Origin: Azolla caroliniana
Lineage: Eukaryota > Plantae > Polypodiophyta
Length of the DNA stretch: 64,000 nt
Reading direction: 5' to 3'
NCBI GenBank assembly: GCA_043228905.1
Contig: JBHGNT010000013.1
Span: 5,146,001-5,210,000 of the forward strand
The number at the start of each line of letters is the position of its first letter. Position 1 is the first letter of the stretch. A model generated the notes under the pieces. That model had not been told where the DNA came from. It saw only the letters and a list, made by a program, of their open reading frames with translations, and made no database searches. A program made the translations under genes and the position numbers. Below are positions 1 through 12,532 of this stretch, in pieces.

Positions 1-198
1 ATAAAGGGGTTGTTGTATATGTGTAATGTATATGACTGTGAGTGAACACATGCACAATTATGTGCATGTTTACAAGAATGCAACGGTCTTTTTTGTAACG
101 GTCATATTATGTAACCGTTATATGATGTACTATATAAACCCCACTATGGTTCATGTAATGAATATAGAACTTTTCCCTCTCATTTCAGTGTCTCATTG

Positions 199-230
<32 letters not shown>

Positions 231-321
231 ATGTGAACCCCCTTGGGGGGGGGTGGAGTCGTTCTTGGCTCCACCCCCCACTCATAAACATACATTCCTA
301 TTTCGTTCTTTCATTCTAACA
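1..321 (+). mobile_element. Right part of an LTR (3' LTR or solo LTR) cut by the window edge
   Basis: TATA-like ctatataaac at ~130, CT-rich tract ~200-230, GC hairpin at 246-279, ends ...TTCTAACA at 321 with no PBS after it. Confidence 0.6.
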
Positions 322-950
322 TGTAACGATTTCTATCACTTACTTTCTCACTCCTCTTCCATATTATATCATTTACTAATTTCCCTTTTGCCAACCTTAC
401 TAATGCTTAGGTTACCAAATTTTATTGCCTTGTTATTATTTCCATTATTGTTTACTTCCATTACAATGTAATCAACTTGTGTGTTTCATCGATGTTGCAC
501 CTACGTTGCACCGATTCCACTTGAAATTAGTTGTACTTCTTTTTTTAATAATTTATTTAGGGCAAAAACGTGGTCATAATGTTACTTTATCAAAGGGACT
601 CCAATGAGGTTACACCTACTAGCATGAATCACATACTTTTGTTAACATTATATGTTACAAATTGTTTATGTAATTTCATGGATACATTCATAGATTGGCA
701 CATGCGTCATATTCGTCATATTCTCCATGCGTCATATTCGTCATATTCGAGAATACGAAATGGCCCCAAGAATATTATAAAACCATTAGTTTTACAAAAT
801 AAATATACAAAATATTTATTTATTCATTTTTATATTTAAATAAATTTAATTAACTAAAATAAGAACAATCATTCATTAATAGATTATAAAAATATGATTA
901 GTATTAACTCTCCTTTATAGTGTCAAATAAAAAATGGAGAAGTTTATAAA

Positions 951-3900
951 TGTTACCACCACCAACACGAAGTAACTAAAAAAACCATGGTTTAATTAAC
1001 GTAATAATTACACAAACTCCATAAGTACTAACTCCCAAAATTGGGGTCTGCCCTCCTAGAAAAATAGGCTTCTATTAAATAGGACTCATTGGAATGTCAA
1101 ACGTTCACTAATTGAACCGTTTGCACTTCCAAGGTTCTTTATTTCTAGCAGTTTCTATATTTTAGGATACTTAACGGATGTAACACTCTCCCGCTAGGGA
1201 TGAGAGTTTTGACCACGAAACTAAGGCCCCTGTTTTAACTATGGTTTAGTGGCTCCATTAACCACTCAAAACCTGCTTGCCGTAGCGCCTCCTTAGTAAC
1301 CCACGAAGCTTCTACCAATGATGGCCCCTGCCACTTGATCAAGTAGCATTTTCTCCCTCTACGAACTTGTGCTTTTAATATAGCCTTTGATTCGTAAGGC
1401 ATGTTATTGGCTGCCTCACGACCCCATGTTTCATCTGTATGAAAACGGTTTAGTAGACTGACATGAAAAACATCGTGGATTTTGGAGGTTGTAGGTAATT
1501 GTAATTTGTAGGAGACGTTGTTGATCTGTTTTATTATCTTGTATGGGCTGTAGTATTTGTGATTGAACTTCGGTGTGAGACCTTGAGGTAATGGCCAATT
1601 AGCCGCACTGACTAATACTAAGTCTCCTGGAAAAAACTCCACATGTTCACGTTTCTTGTTGATCTGATTTATCATCTGGGATTTTGTCTTAGTCAAATGC
1701 ACTTCTGTTGCTTGCATTCTCTCTTTCCATTCTTCTAAAACCTTGCCTACATCTAGCTCTTCTACCTGTGTTTTGCTTGTATTATGCAATAAGGCAATTG
1801 GTGTGAGTACTTCTTTGCACGAACTCAAATGGAGAGAAACCTGCTGATGAGTGGATAGCTGCGTTGTAGCAGAACTCAAGCATGTCAACATGCTCCACCC
1901 AATCTGACTGATCTGCCTTGATGTAACAACGAATATAATCTTCGATGCCTTGATTCAGCCGCTCAATCTGTCCATCGGTTTGAGGATGTGCCGATGTTGA
2001 CATACGAAGTTGCGTGCCCAAAATCTTGAACAACTCTTGCCAAAATCCGCTCGTGAACCTAGGATCCCTGTCAGACATGATGATTTCTGGTAATCCATGA
2101 TAATTAAAAATATATTTGAAAAACAATTGAGCTACTTGATTGGATGTCAAAGGCGGCTTTGCAGGTATGAAATGAGCTTGTTTTGAGAAGAAATCCACAA
2201 CCACCATTAACGTATTGTAACCTTTGGAGGGAGGCAAATCAACAATAAAGTCCATACTAATTACATCCCATGGGCGAGACAAAATCGACATCTGTTGGAG
2301 TAGACTGAAAGCTTTACCTCACCTTGCCTTCACTGTTTGGCAGACTTTGCATGAGCATACATACTCAATAATTTCCTTCTCCATTTTAGGCCATACGAAG
2401 TACTTTTTTGCAACCTTTAGTGTTCGTTTTTTTCCTCCATGCCCAACCATGTGGCAATCGTGTACTTCACATAGTATTTTGGCCTTTAGTTGTATATTAT
2501 TAGGAATTACTACCTTATCTTCACTCCATAATAGCCCATCATGGAACTTGTATAATTCGTGAGACGTTTGTCCACTTTCCACTTCGTCTCTTAATTGTCT
2601 TACTACTGCATCATTTTCTTGAACTTGCTGAATCTCTTCAATCCATCCTTGCATCGTGATGACCGACATGTGATGAATCTATGGCATCCTACTCAATGCA
2701 TCTGGTAGTGTGTGCAACTTCCCCTTCTTATGCACAATTTCTATATCAAACTCTGCCAACATGTCTTGCCACCGTATTTGTTTTGCTGATAGTCTTGGTT
2801 GTGATTGAAAGTATTGCAATGATATGTTATCAGTCACTACCTTTGTGAATTTTTCTTGCACATAATGCCTCCACTTCCGTAGTGCATATACTACAATGAG
2901 CATTTCTTTCTCGTGGGTAGGCCATCTACTTTCTATTTCTGAAAACTTTATTGACTCGTATGCAATTGGATGACCATCCTGCATAACGACCGCCCCATAC
3001 GCGTAATCTGATGCATCAGTATGAATTTCAAAAGGCCTAGTGAAATCCGGCAATTTCAACGCTGATTGAGAACACACTGCCTCCTTCAACTAGTCAAAAG
3101 CATGTTGTTCTATTTCAGACCACTTAAATGCTTGTGAGCCTTTGATAAGATTTGTGAGTGGAGCAGCAATTGCACTAAAATTCTTAATAAACTTACTTGA
3201 CGTATTGTACAAAACCAATGAATTGTTGTCACTCAATTACTTTAGTGGGACGTGGCCATTTCCGAACCGCTTCCACCTTAGCGGGATGCATCTTTAGCCC
3301 ATCTCTTCCTACTCAGAATTTGAGAAACTCTAGCTCTCCTACTGCAAATTCGCATTTCTCGGCTTTGGCGTACACTTGATGCTCCCGTAATCTTTGTAGA
3401 ACGTGGGTGACATGTTGTTTATGCTCTTCCAACGACTTGCTAAAAATCAGCAGATCATCAATATAAATAATAACAAATTTATCCAAATAATCTCGAAATA
3501 TTTCATTCCCAAGTCTACAAAAGGTTCCTAGTGCTCCGGTTAAGCCAAAACTCATCACAAGCTACTCAAAACTTCCATATCTCATTCTAAAGGCTGTTTT
3601 CTCAATATCTTTTGTAGCTATTCAGATCTGGTGATATCCGGATCGTAAATCAATGCTAGAGAATTATTGGGCTCCTTGTAACTGATCCAGTAGGTCGGGT
3701 ATTAAAGGTGATGGATACTTACTGAGTGATCTTATTGAGTGATCTATAATCCATACACATGTGTAGTGTGCCGTCTTTCTTAGCCACAAAAATTATTGGT
3801 GCATCGTAAGGTGAGTTGCTTGGTTGGATAAATCCACATGCTTCCAACTCTTGCAATTGTTGTTTTAGCTTTTCTAATTGAGTAGCACTCATGCGATATG

Positions 3901-6091
3901 GTGCTTTGGCAGGTGGTGTGCTTCATGGTATGATCTGAATTTTATGGTCAATCGCTCTTTGTGGTGGCACCCAGTTGGATCTTACTTGTTGTCGATTTTG
4001 GCTTCGTGATCAGGGCCGTACAGAGAAAAAGTTAGCCGCCCTTCCTCACAGCTCTACGTGCCACCTTTGTTGTACATAGCCTTGCTACCATGGATGTTGC
4101 TTTTGGCTTTGTATCCCCTCTGTGCTTTCTGTGCATGCTCACAATCACCCTTCCTTTTCCATACTCATTATTCAACAAAAGTTTATCCACTTTCTTGCCA
4201 AATTGGTTAATGACAAATTTATCAATCCATTCCAGGCCCAAAATTACCTCAAAACCATCCATGTCGACTACCAAAAAGGATGTTTGGCCTGTCCATTCCT
4301 CTACTTCTATCAAGACATCAACTACTAATGCACATGCATTTGTGAACCCCTGCACAAAGTTTATGGACTGATTGATTAATGGTCGTAGTTCCAATCCCCA
4401 CCTCTTGGCACATGTAGGCGTGATAAAGTTGTGGGTTGCCCCATTGTCCACCATGGCTTCGCAGGTGTACCCGTTAAATTTTATGTTAAGGAATAAGTTA
4501 CTTGTATTGTTGAGTTTGATTGTGAGACATGTAGGCCGTGTTGTGATAGCACCTGCACTCACTATGGCTTCTTTTTCATCGTCCTCATATTGTGCTACTA
4601 TGGCATCCATATCTGGCTCTACTCCCTCTATTTCTGAAAGGTTGAGTTGGGAAGTGGCTGCTCTCATTGGGAATTGTTTCTTCTTAGGGCATTCGGACAT
4701 CAAGTGTGGTCCTCCTCACTTGAAACAACCCCTTCTCACCATTGGGGTACATGGTGATGTTGTTGTCGTATTGCTTGTCGATGATGCTCCACGTCCCATA
4801 CTAGTCCAACTCGTCCGCGATGGCTCCCCACAAGCGATTCCTCTTCCATTCAAGCTAGTGGTTCCTACCCAATTCCGCTTGCTAAACATACCTCCTTGAT
4901 TGTTGTAGAATAATCGAGGGCTTCCTTCAATGTCATCTATCCTCTCGGCGATCCTCATGGCTTCTTCGCATGTCTGCGGGTTCATCTTCTCTACCTCCAT
5001 CCTAATGCAAGGCCTTAATCTAGATAGAAACCCATGAAGCTTGGTAATTTGATGGAGATGCGGTAGCTGCAATGTCACTTGTCTGTACTTCTCTGCATAT
5101 AAGGTAAGTTGCCCATCCCCTTGCTTTAGCATCTTCCATTCATCCATTATGCGGAGGTGTTCATTTTGTGGGATGAAGTAATGGCACAACTTCCGTTTAA
5201 ATTCTGTCCAGGGTGTGAATTCAAACATGCTTTCTTCGAACATATACCAGTGTTGCACTAACCCATCCAAAAAACTTGCCGAGACCATTACCCATAGATC
5301 GGGTTCTACCTGGCTTTGGACAAGAAACAATCCGGTTTCTCTAATCCACCTTGTGAGTATTACCGAATTCCTCTTCCCTGAATACATTCGAGGCTTGAGA
5401 GGCTTGAATGACCCCCAATTATTGCGACGGTCACCCATGTTGCCCGATTCCAACCTCTGTACTAGCTCCTACAGTTTCCCCGACCTGCCTTCTACGTGCC
5501 TCCTTCATTGTGTCTCCCCCGTTTGCAAAACCGATCCTTCTTCTTTTCTTGGCAATCTCTTAATCTTCTAAGTCCGTCCTCCCGTTCTCTGCTTCCTTGC
5601 CATCTTGCTCACCTTTGGCTTGTGCGGTCTCCCCCAATAGGGATCCCCCTCCATCCCAAAGCTTATCCAAATGGAAACCTTTTCTTCGCCTTCTCTCTGC
5701 CATCAATTATGATTACAGCCAAAAAAAGAAAGAAAATATTTCTGTCTTTGTAATTACCTTGACCTTCTCACAACAATTGATGATTACTTGTTTCATTGTA
5801 TTGGTTTGTTTTGAATGCTTTGCCCTTAGATCTTACTTTGCTCTAATACCAAGTGTTACCACCACCAACACGAATTAACTAAAAAAAACATGGTTTAATT
5901 AAAGTAATAATTACACAAACTCCATAAGTACTACTAACTCCCAAAATTGGGGTTTGCCCGTCTAGAAAAATAGGCTTCTATTAAATAGGACTCATTGGAA
6001 TGTCAAACGTTCACTAACTGAACCGTTTGCACTTCCAAGGTTCTTTATTTCTAGCAGTTTCTATATTTTAGGATACTTAACGGATGTAACA
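951..6091 (-). mobile_element. Full-length decayed Ty3/Gypsy chromovirus LTR retrotransposon
   Basis: LTRs 951-1185 and 5854-6091 (TGTTAC...GTAACA, several substitutions); TSD ATAAA (946-950/6092-6096); PBS TGGTATTAGAGC (tRNA-iMet-like) at 5840-5851; PPT at 1186-1195; order gag-PR-RT-RH-INT-chromodomain. Confidence 0.95.
1235..5453 (-). pseudogene. Gypsy gag-pol pseudogene with stops and frameshifts
   Basis: Gag with CFKCGGPH knuckle (4716-5453), protease AMVDNGATHNF, RT YIDDLLIFS, RNase H HTDASDYAYGAV, integrase SMDFIVDLP...SDRDPRF...GQIERLN, chromodomain YLIKWQGPSLVEASW. Confidence 0.92.
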
Positions 6092-9000
6092 ATAAACCTT
6101 TATTTTAATTAATTAGTTTTTTTTAAAAACGAATATTTTTATATTTATTATAAAAATATGATTAGTGTGAAGTTCAATTTTTAATGTCAAGATAAAAATA
6201 TCCATAAATTTTGAGACAATAAAAACTGAGGAATTAATGACCCTTTATTTTATTTTATTTATTTATTAAAATAAAACGAATACTTTTACACTTATTATAA
6301 AAATTTATTAGTGTCAAGTCCTTCTTTTAATGTCCCTTTTTATTGTCAAATCCCCTTTTTATTATCCTAGGAAACTAAGAAAGAAGGGAGTTCTTGTTTT
6401 TATTTTTGGGTTAAACGAATACTTGACCATGCATTCGTATGCGTATTCGTTTGCATTCGAATGGGAAACCCCACGAATGCGAATATGTCAATCTATGGAT
6501 ACAATATGTCTATAGGAATAGAATAGCTCTCTATTTTGGCTTGGATAAATGATGAACCATCTCTTGATTGTTTTAAAACCTTCAACATAGTTTACTTGCC
6601 AATAATTCAATATCATGTGTTATGTTTTTGATATATCATGTTTTTTGTCATCATTCCATTTACAAACTCTCCAACTAGATTTTGAAACACCTGAAAATCA
6701 CACTTCAATATTAAAACAATACAAATAAATATTCCCTCCAAAAGTCAATGTTTAGAAAAAAATCAACATGAAAATCGCATTCGGAATCTAATTTGAGCAC
6801 AACATTGCGTTTTCAATCAGATTTTGAAAGGTTTCTTCATTGATTGATCCCTTAAATGTTGATGGATGAGTTGAACTTGTTTAAAATATAATACACATAT
6901 GATACAACTCACCAAACGCATAATCTTATTAGTATAAGCAATTAAAATATGGTTAATATCCTTTTCATTGTGGCCTCTTCATGTGTCAACCACCTATCAA
7001 TTCAGTTGATGTTACTTGATGGAAAATTGCTTGATGAATTTGTAATATGTATCTATAAAGTTCTCAAATTTTCTTACTTGAAATGTCATTCTTTTAGAAT
7101 TTTGTTTACTTTAATGAAATTTTAGAAATATTGATCTTGATCTAGTCAGCTAGATATTTTCCATCATTTATGCATTGATCAAATGAATAATGCAAGAAAT
7201 TTGATCGTGTATTGACCATTGAACATATCTTTATTCTCAAAATAAAAGGAGAAACATTGTGCTAAATTTTTATTGCAAGTGCTATCTTCAAAGTCTTGAA
7301 AACTAAGAATATTTGGATGTCTTTGGCATATCAACTACTTCAACTTGCAAGACATGTGTAAGTGTATTTCTCAATACATAAACTAACATTTCCATCAATG
7401 CAATGACTATAACTTTTTAACTTGTTTGTTTATTTAAGGCACAAACAATTGTCCATGCATCTAGTTAGCAAGTTGGGATATGTGCTTTACTATTACATAA
7501 ATCATATAATGAGAGAGAGACATGCTCATCATGATTAGTCTTTTCATGTTTTGGAAACCTCTTTTAGAAATCTAGCGATAACAATCCTAATTCATTGTAA
7601 TTTAAAGAGCGTGAACTCCATTTTATCAAATATTAGACGAAGCTCGTGCACAACTTGTTCAAGGATCCACTAAATTGTCAAAGTTGCCTCTCTCATCAAC
7701 TTTTTCTCTAAAACATAAAGAAAATAAGTGTGGCTCGAGAGGATCAACCAAGTTGTGTATTTTTTGTTCTCATAAAGTTTAATATGTAGCTAGAGTATAG
7801 ACCATTTAAACAAACCTTAAGAAAACGTATAAGAAATGTTGTGGACAACGGCAAGAAAAAATTGAACTTGACAACATGAAGAAAATAAGTGTGACGGACG
7901 TACCATCACTTATACACTCATACACTTACAATCCCATGGATAACACATATGGCACGCCCGTGGGACAGTGCCTCGCATGGGTGAACCCACGTGCCACTAT
8001 AATAGACACAAACAATGGTCCTTGGACCGGAACTTACGACCGAAACTCCCTCGATCGTCTCCTATCGCGTCAGTCGAAACTCCATCGACACACGAACATA
8101 AACTCAATGATAAGAACCTCTCGTTCGATTAGAATATCCCCTAACATGTTAACTTCGGTACTTTCTTTTTGGTCCTACAATGATGTTGTGTGTATGTGTG
8201 TTTGTTTTTCTTTTCTTTTATGTGAGTTATCAAGACTTTTGGATCTTCCCTCATGTTTACATGATATTGTGCATATCCGAATCGGTCTTTCTCTTAGATC
8301 CAAGGGTGAAATGCCCAATAACCTAGTATGAGAGCACCGAGGTGAAAGATGGAAGGAGGTGTGAGGGGCTTCCCAGGTATCATAGTTCTAAATTCTCAAA
8401 ACTATGCAGACAGGAAGATAAAGATGGAAGACCTTCTCATAGTCAAAGACCTATACGAGCCAATCGACAGAGCAAAAATACCCACGGGGGTATTAGAGTC
8501 TAAATGGAAACTTCTGAATAGGAAGGCGGTGGCCACCATAAGACAATGTGTCGATGTAAGTGTCCTTTTGCATGTGGTGAACGACACAAATGCCTACAAG
8601 ATGTGGTAGAAGTTGTCATGTCTATATGAGAGGAAGAACGCCCTCAACAAAACATCTTTGACGAGAAAGATTGTGAGGCTGAAATACAGGGGCAAAGAAA
8701 GCATAGTGGAGCATGTAAGCACATTCATGGGGTATGTGAACCAACTTGCGGCAACCAAGTTACTCCTTGAGGATGCAATGCAGGCCAGCCTACTACTGTG
8801 TACCTTGCCAAACACCTGGGAGAATCTGGTGGTGACTCACAACACCTCGTGCCAAGAAGAGAACTTGTCTCTACAAGCGGTAAATACAAGCATCTTGAAC
8901 ACGGAGACTAGAAGGAAGGAAAAGGGTGTCCTTTCCCAGTCGGAGTCAAACCTGACTCAACATACCGACAGAGGAAGGAACCGACAAAGGAGTCCACAAA

Positions 9001-9775
9001 GGAGGGACAACTCCCAAGCTGGATCCAAGTCCAAAGGAAAGTTGACATGCTTCTACTGTGGAAAACCTAGACACTTCCAAAAGGTCTATCGACACCTCAA
9101 GAAGGAAAAAGGTGTCGGTAATAATGTTGAACCTAGGAAGATTCCTGATGAAAAGGTCACATCATCTATAGCTACAAGTGTAGAGAAGATCTTGTTCATT
9201 TGTGAGCCGGCAAGCACAAATCTTGCAAGTGAGGAGTGCACTTGGGTGATCGACTCTAGTGCATCCTTCCATATAACTCCGTCAAGAGAGTGCTTCTCGA
9301 CTTACACCGCCGGTGTCGTGAAGATGCGCGTGCATGCGTGCTTCGCTTGAGCGGGACCACTGGGGCCACGGACCAAGGAGATAGAAGAGGCGAGGAAGTG
9401 GAGATTAAGACAACGATGCGTATGTACGAGTTAGGAAACCAATATCACATTTGAAAAGAACAAATATTTGTATACTCAAGAAGAAGATAGATGTCAAGAA
9501 GAATATTATATTATTGATGATGATGATGATGATGATGGTGATTTCACATATTGAACCCCCCCCCCCCCCCCTTACACAAGCCGTACTAGGGGTTTTATAG
9601 GTTTGTCCATGCACAAAACCATGGGCTTGGAGCCATGGTTTCTGTGCACATAGTTTTGCTTTGTGATATGTAGAAAACCATGGGCTTAAAACCATGGTTT
9701 TGTGTACACGGGTTTGTACGTTTGTTTCTTACGGAATACTGATTATGAGAAAGAAATATAGACCATCTAAAGCAC

Positions 9776-9847
9776 TTAGTAGTAGCTTTAGTGGTAAAGT
9801 AATTGCCTCTTACCTTAGAGGTGCAAGGTTCAAATCCTACTTGCAAC
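9776..9847 (+). ncRNA. tRNA-like module (A box + B box) inside the LTR; second copy at ~12733-12804
   Basis: A box TAGCTTTAGTGGT with D stem GCTTT/AAAGT, anticodon-like stem CCTCT/AGAGG, B box GGTTCAAATCC; weak acceptor stem, so not a functional tRNA. Confidence 0.6.
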
Positions 9848-11100
9848 CCTCTACATGCACTCAATGCCATTGTGACCTAGGTTTATTTATTTTCATTTTT
9901 ACAAGTATTTGTGAAATGTGTGTCGATCGTCAATTTTTGACTTTTTCTCGCACTAGACATGCCATATCACGACATCCACCCCCACCAAACCGCACATCCT
10001 CTGGTATGTGCCAAGAAGAAAAGAGTGATGTGGAAGGGTCAAAGGTGGTTGGTGTTTGATTTCCTCCTTTCTTGCGCCTCGCCCACACGGTCTTTTTGTC
10101 GTCTACTTTGAACTGTCGTTGCCATCCGATCCACCATATCATTCGCTCACCTTTTTTATTGCCATGTCTAGCTGCCATAACTCCCTTTGCTCCTCCCGAG
10201 CATAACGCTTCATGCCTCGTGCATGTGCCACCTTCATCTCGGCAATCTCCTTGGTCACCTAACTTTCCTTTATCATCATTTCTCGTCTCATGCTTGCCTT
10301 TCCTTATGCTCACTAGCCTCGATCGGGTGTCGCGGCTCGTCTACTTCGACCTCCGTCTAGGCCGGTTCAACTTCTGCCTGTCTCGACCAATCAGCTTCTG
10401 GCTTGGCCAGCCTTTATCCGGATTCGCATTTGGCCGAATTGGACTCAGACGCTTGACTTTCGTCCGGGTCAGTTTCCATCCGGTTTTCTATTGGGTTGGG
10501 CCCGATTGATCAACTCTCGTTCGGGTCGGAAGACCAACCACGTCATCTTCCATCCGAATTGTATTTCGGTTCTTCCTTTCTTCAAGTTATCTGGCTCTTC
10601 ATCGAAATCTATTGTAGCTTTGTTTTTGGCATCCTTATTGGCCACTGTTCCTCCGTATACACTAACGTCGACCCTCATCTCCTCGCCGCCACCTTCCATC
10701 TCTCTGGTCTTATATTCACTCTCGGGCACAACTGCCAAAGTCTCTAGAACCGGTGTGGAGGGATTCCTTCGTATGTGGCCATCCTCATCATCATCATTTC
10801 GGTCCTTCGATTTCTAGCCGCCACCTTTCGTCTCTCCGGTCTCACATTGACACTCGGGCACAATTGCTGAAGTCTCAAGAACAATTGTGGGGAGAACCTC
10901 GACACCAATGTCACCGTCTTCTCATCCATAGCCATCTTTCGCTCGATGTTGTTATTCGCATTGTCTTCAATATTTTCTTCCCCACCACTTCCCGTCTCTT
11001 GGGTCTCATGTTGGCTCTCAGACACAATTGCCCAAGTCTCTAGATCAAGTGTTGGGAAATTCTTGACACGGTCATCCGCCGTGGACTCTTCCATAGCCAT

Positions 11101-12258
11101 CTACGACTCGATGTCGTTCCTCGTGGCTACCGCTTCAATCACATCGACCTCGCACTCTTTACATCCCTTGATCACGCAAGCTTCCCTCATGCTTGCACCT
11201 TCATTACTCGATATTTCGGACACAACATGTGTTCCGAAATGCTCGTCCACTCTTAAAGCAACATTTTCCGCTCTTGAGTCTTCGGCCTTTCTCTTGACCG
11301 TCGTTCCTCCGTAAGTCGAGAAGGTGGCTTGTTTCACACCTTCTCCCGTGGTACTGTCGTACTGAACCTGGGCCTTCGTATTAGCCGCATCATTAGTCTG
11401 AATTTGTCGGGAGGTCTCCTCTTTGTCGATCACCAATTGCCTCGGTTTTCGCTCCTTTTTAAGCTTCTCATTAGCATCACCTTGCACCTTTAAGTTCTTG
11501 AATGCTTCTCTCATTAAGGCTTCTATGTTGAGTATCAAATCTTCACTCTTTGAGCTTTCTTCCTTTGGTGGTGGTGTATTGCTACATCCCGTTCTCCTTT
11601 GAACATCCCTCATGGGTCGTGTTGTTGTCGACGACAATCTCGTCTTCCTCTCGTCGTGTTGTCGGCATACCCTTTTCACTCCGGCCCAATTTTCAGTGAG
11701 GCCGTTCACACCATCGTCGTCCTCAAGTTGGACTCCAATGGCCGTCCTTTTCTTCCGATCAATCGACTTGACGAACATTAAGACTTTATTCGCCCCCACC
11801 AATCCTTGTTTCCGCTCCGAGAGTTGAGCGAACCGACACTCAAACTCAATGAATGCATGCATAACACTCTGGTGGGTCTTCCTCGATGACACCCATTGGT
11901 CAAACTTGTATAGGCCCCGTCCCTTCGACTCTTCATGATCATATGCCTCTCGTAAAGCTTCTTCGAAGGACACCCACGAATTGTGAGCTTTTTGAAGCAC
12001 CTTCATATCTTTGTGAATTGGTTCGGCCACCACTCGACAAAAGTACTCTAGCCTCATTGCTTCATTCACACATCTTGAATCCATTTCAGCATTGTAGGTC
12101 TCTAGAAAATTTTGGACTTTGCTTCCGTCGAAACAGACGACTCGCTTGACCATGCTTTCAATGGCTTGTTGGGCCACATCTCGTCTTTTCCCTTCTCTTG
12201 AAAATTCCGCTATCATCTTTGACATTGCCTCCATGAGATATTCCTCGTCCATCTTCAT
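11101..12258 (-). CDS. Gag-like protein (385 aa); probably continued originally past the stop into a repetitive acidic tail
   Basis: Starts just after the PBS; FDGSKVQNFLETY...SWVSFEEALREAY resembles a retrotransposon capsid domain; ORF 10744-11100 follows in frame after a single stop. Confidence 0.65.
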   Translation of the reverse strand: MKMDEEYLMEAMSKMIAEFSREGKRRDVAQQAIESMVKRVVCFDGSKVQNFLETYNAEMDSRCVNEAMRLEYFCRVVAEPIHKDMKVLQKAHNSWVSFEEALREAYDHEESKGRGLYKFDQWVSSRKTHQSVMHAFIEFECRFAQLSERKQGLVGANKVLMFVKSIDRKKRTAIGVQLEDDDGVNGLTENWAGVKRVCRQHDERKTRLSSTTTRPMRDVQRRTGCSNTPPPKEESSKSEDLILNIEALMREAFKNLKVQGDANEKLKKERKPRQLVIDKEETSRQIQTNDAANTKAQVQYDSTTGEGVKQATFSTYGGTTVKRKAEDSRAENVALRVDEHFGTHVVSEISSNEGASMREACVIKGCKECEVDVIEAVATRNDIES

Positions 12259-12273
12259 CCTCCCCTGCCGCTC

Positions 12274-12291
12274 TTCACGTCGGGTTCACCA
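12274..12291 (-). promoter_or_regulatory. Primer-binding site complementary to the tRNA-Trp 3' end
   Basis: + strand TTCACGTCGGGTTCACCA matches the recalled 3' 18 nt of plant cytosolic tRNA-Trp(CCA); lies 5 nt inside the 5' LTR boundary. Confidence 0.85.
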
Positions 12292-12500
12292 AATGACGTC
12301 GCAAAGATGCGCGTGTGTGCGTGCTTCGCTTGAGCGGGACTACCGGGGCCACGAACCAAGGAGACAGAAGAGGTGAGGAAGTGGAGATTAAGACGACGAT
12401 GCGTATGTACGAGTTAGGAAACCAATATCACATTTGAAAAAAACAAATATTTGTATACTCAAGAAGAAGATAGATGTCAAGAAGAATATTATATTATTAT

Positions 12501-12532
<32 letters not shown>

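Larger units (their letters stand above)
689..6497. mobile_element. Non-autonomous hAT-type MITE (~670 bp when empty) interrupted by a Gypsy insertion
   Basis: TIRs CATAGATTGGCACAT / ATATGTCAATCTATG; 8-bp TSD GATACATT (681-688) / GATACAAT (6498-6505); subterminal CATATTCG/CGAATAC-type repeats at both ends; AT-rich core. Confidence 0.75.

Noticed and set aside
6506-7836. Gene or element in the AT-rich spacer
   Set aside because: No ORF, termini or repeats that could be supported
9776-9847. Functional tRNA gene
   Set aside because: Acceptor stem and anticodon loop are irregular and the unit is part of an LTR; kept only as a tRNA-like module
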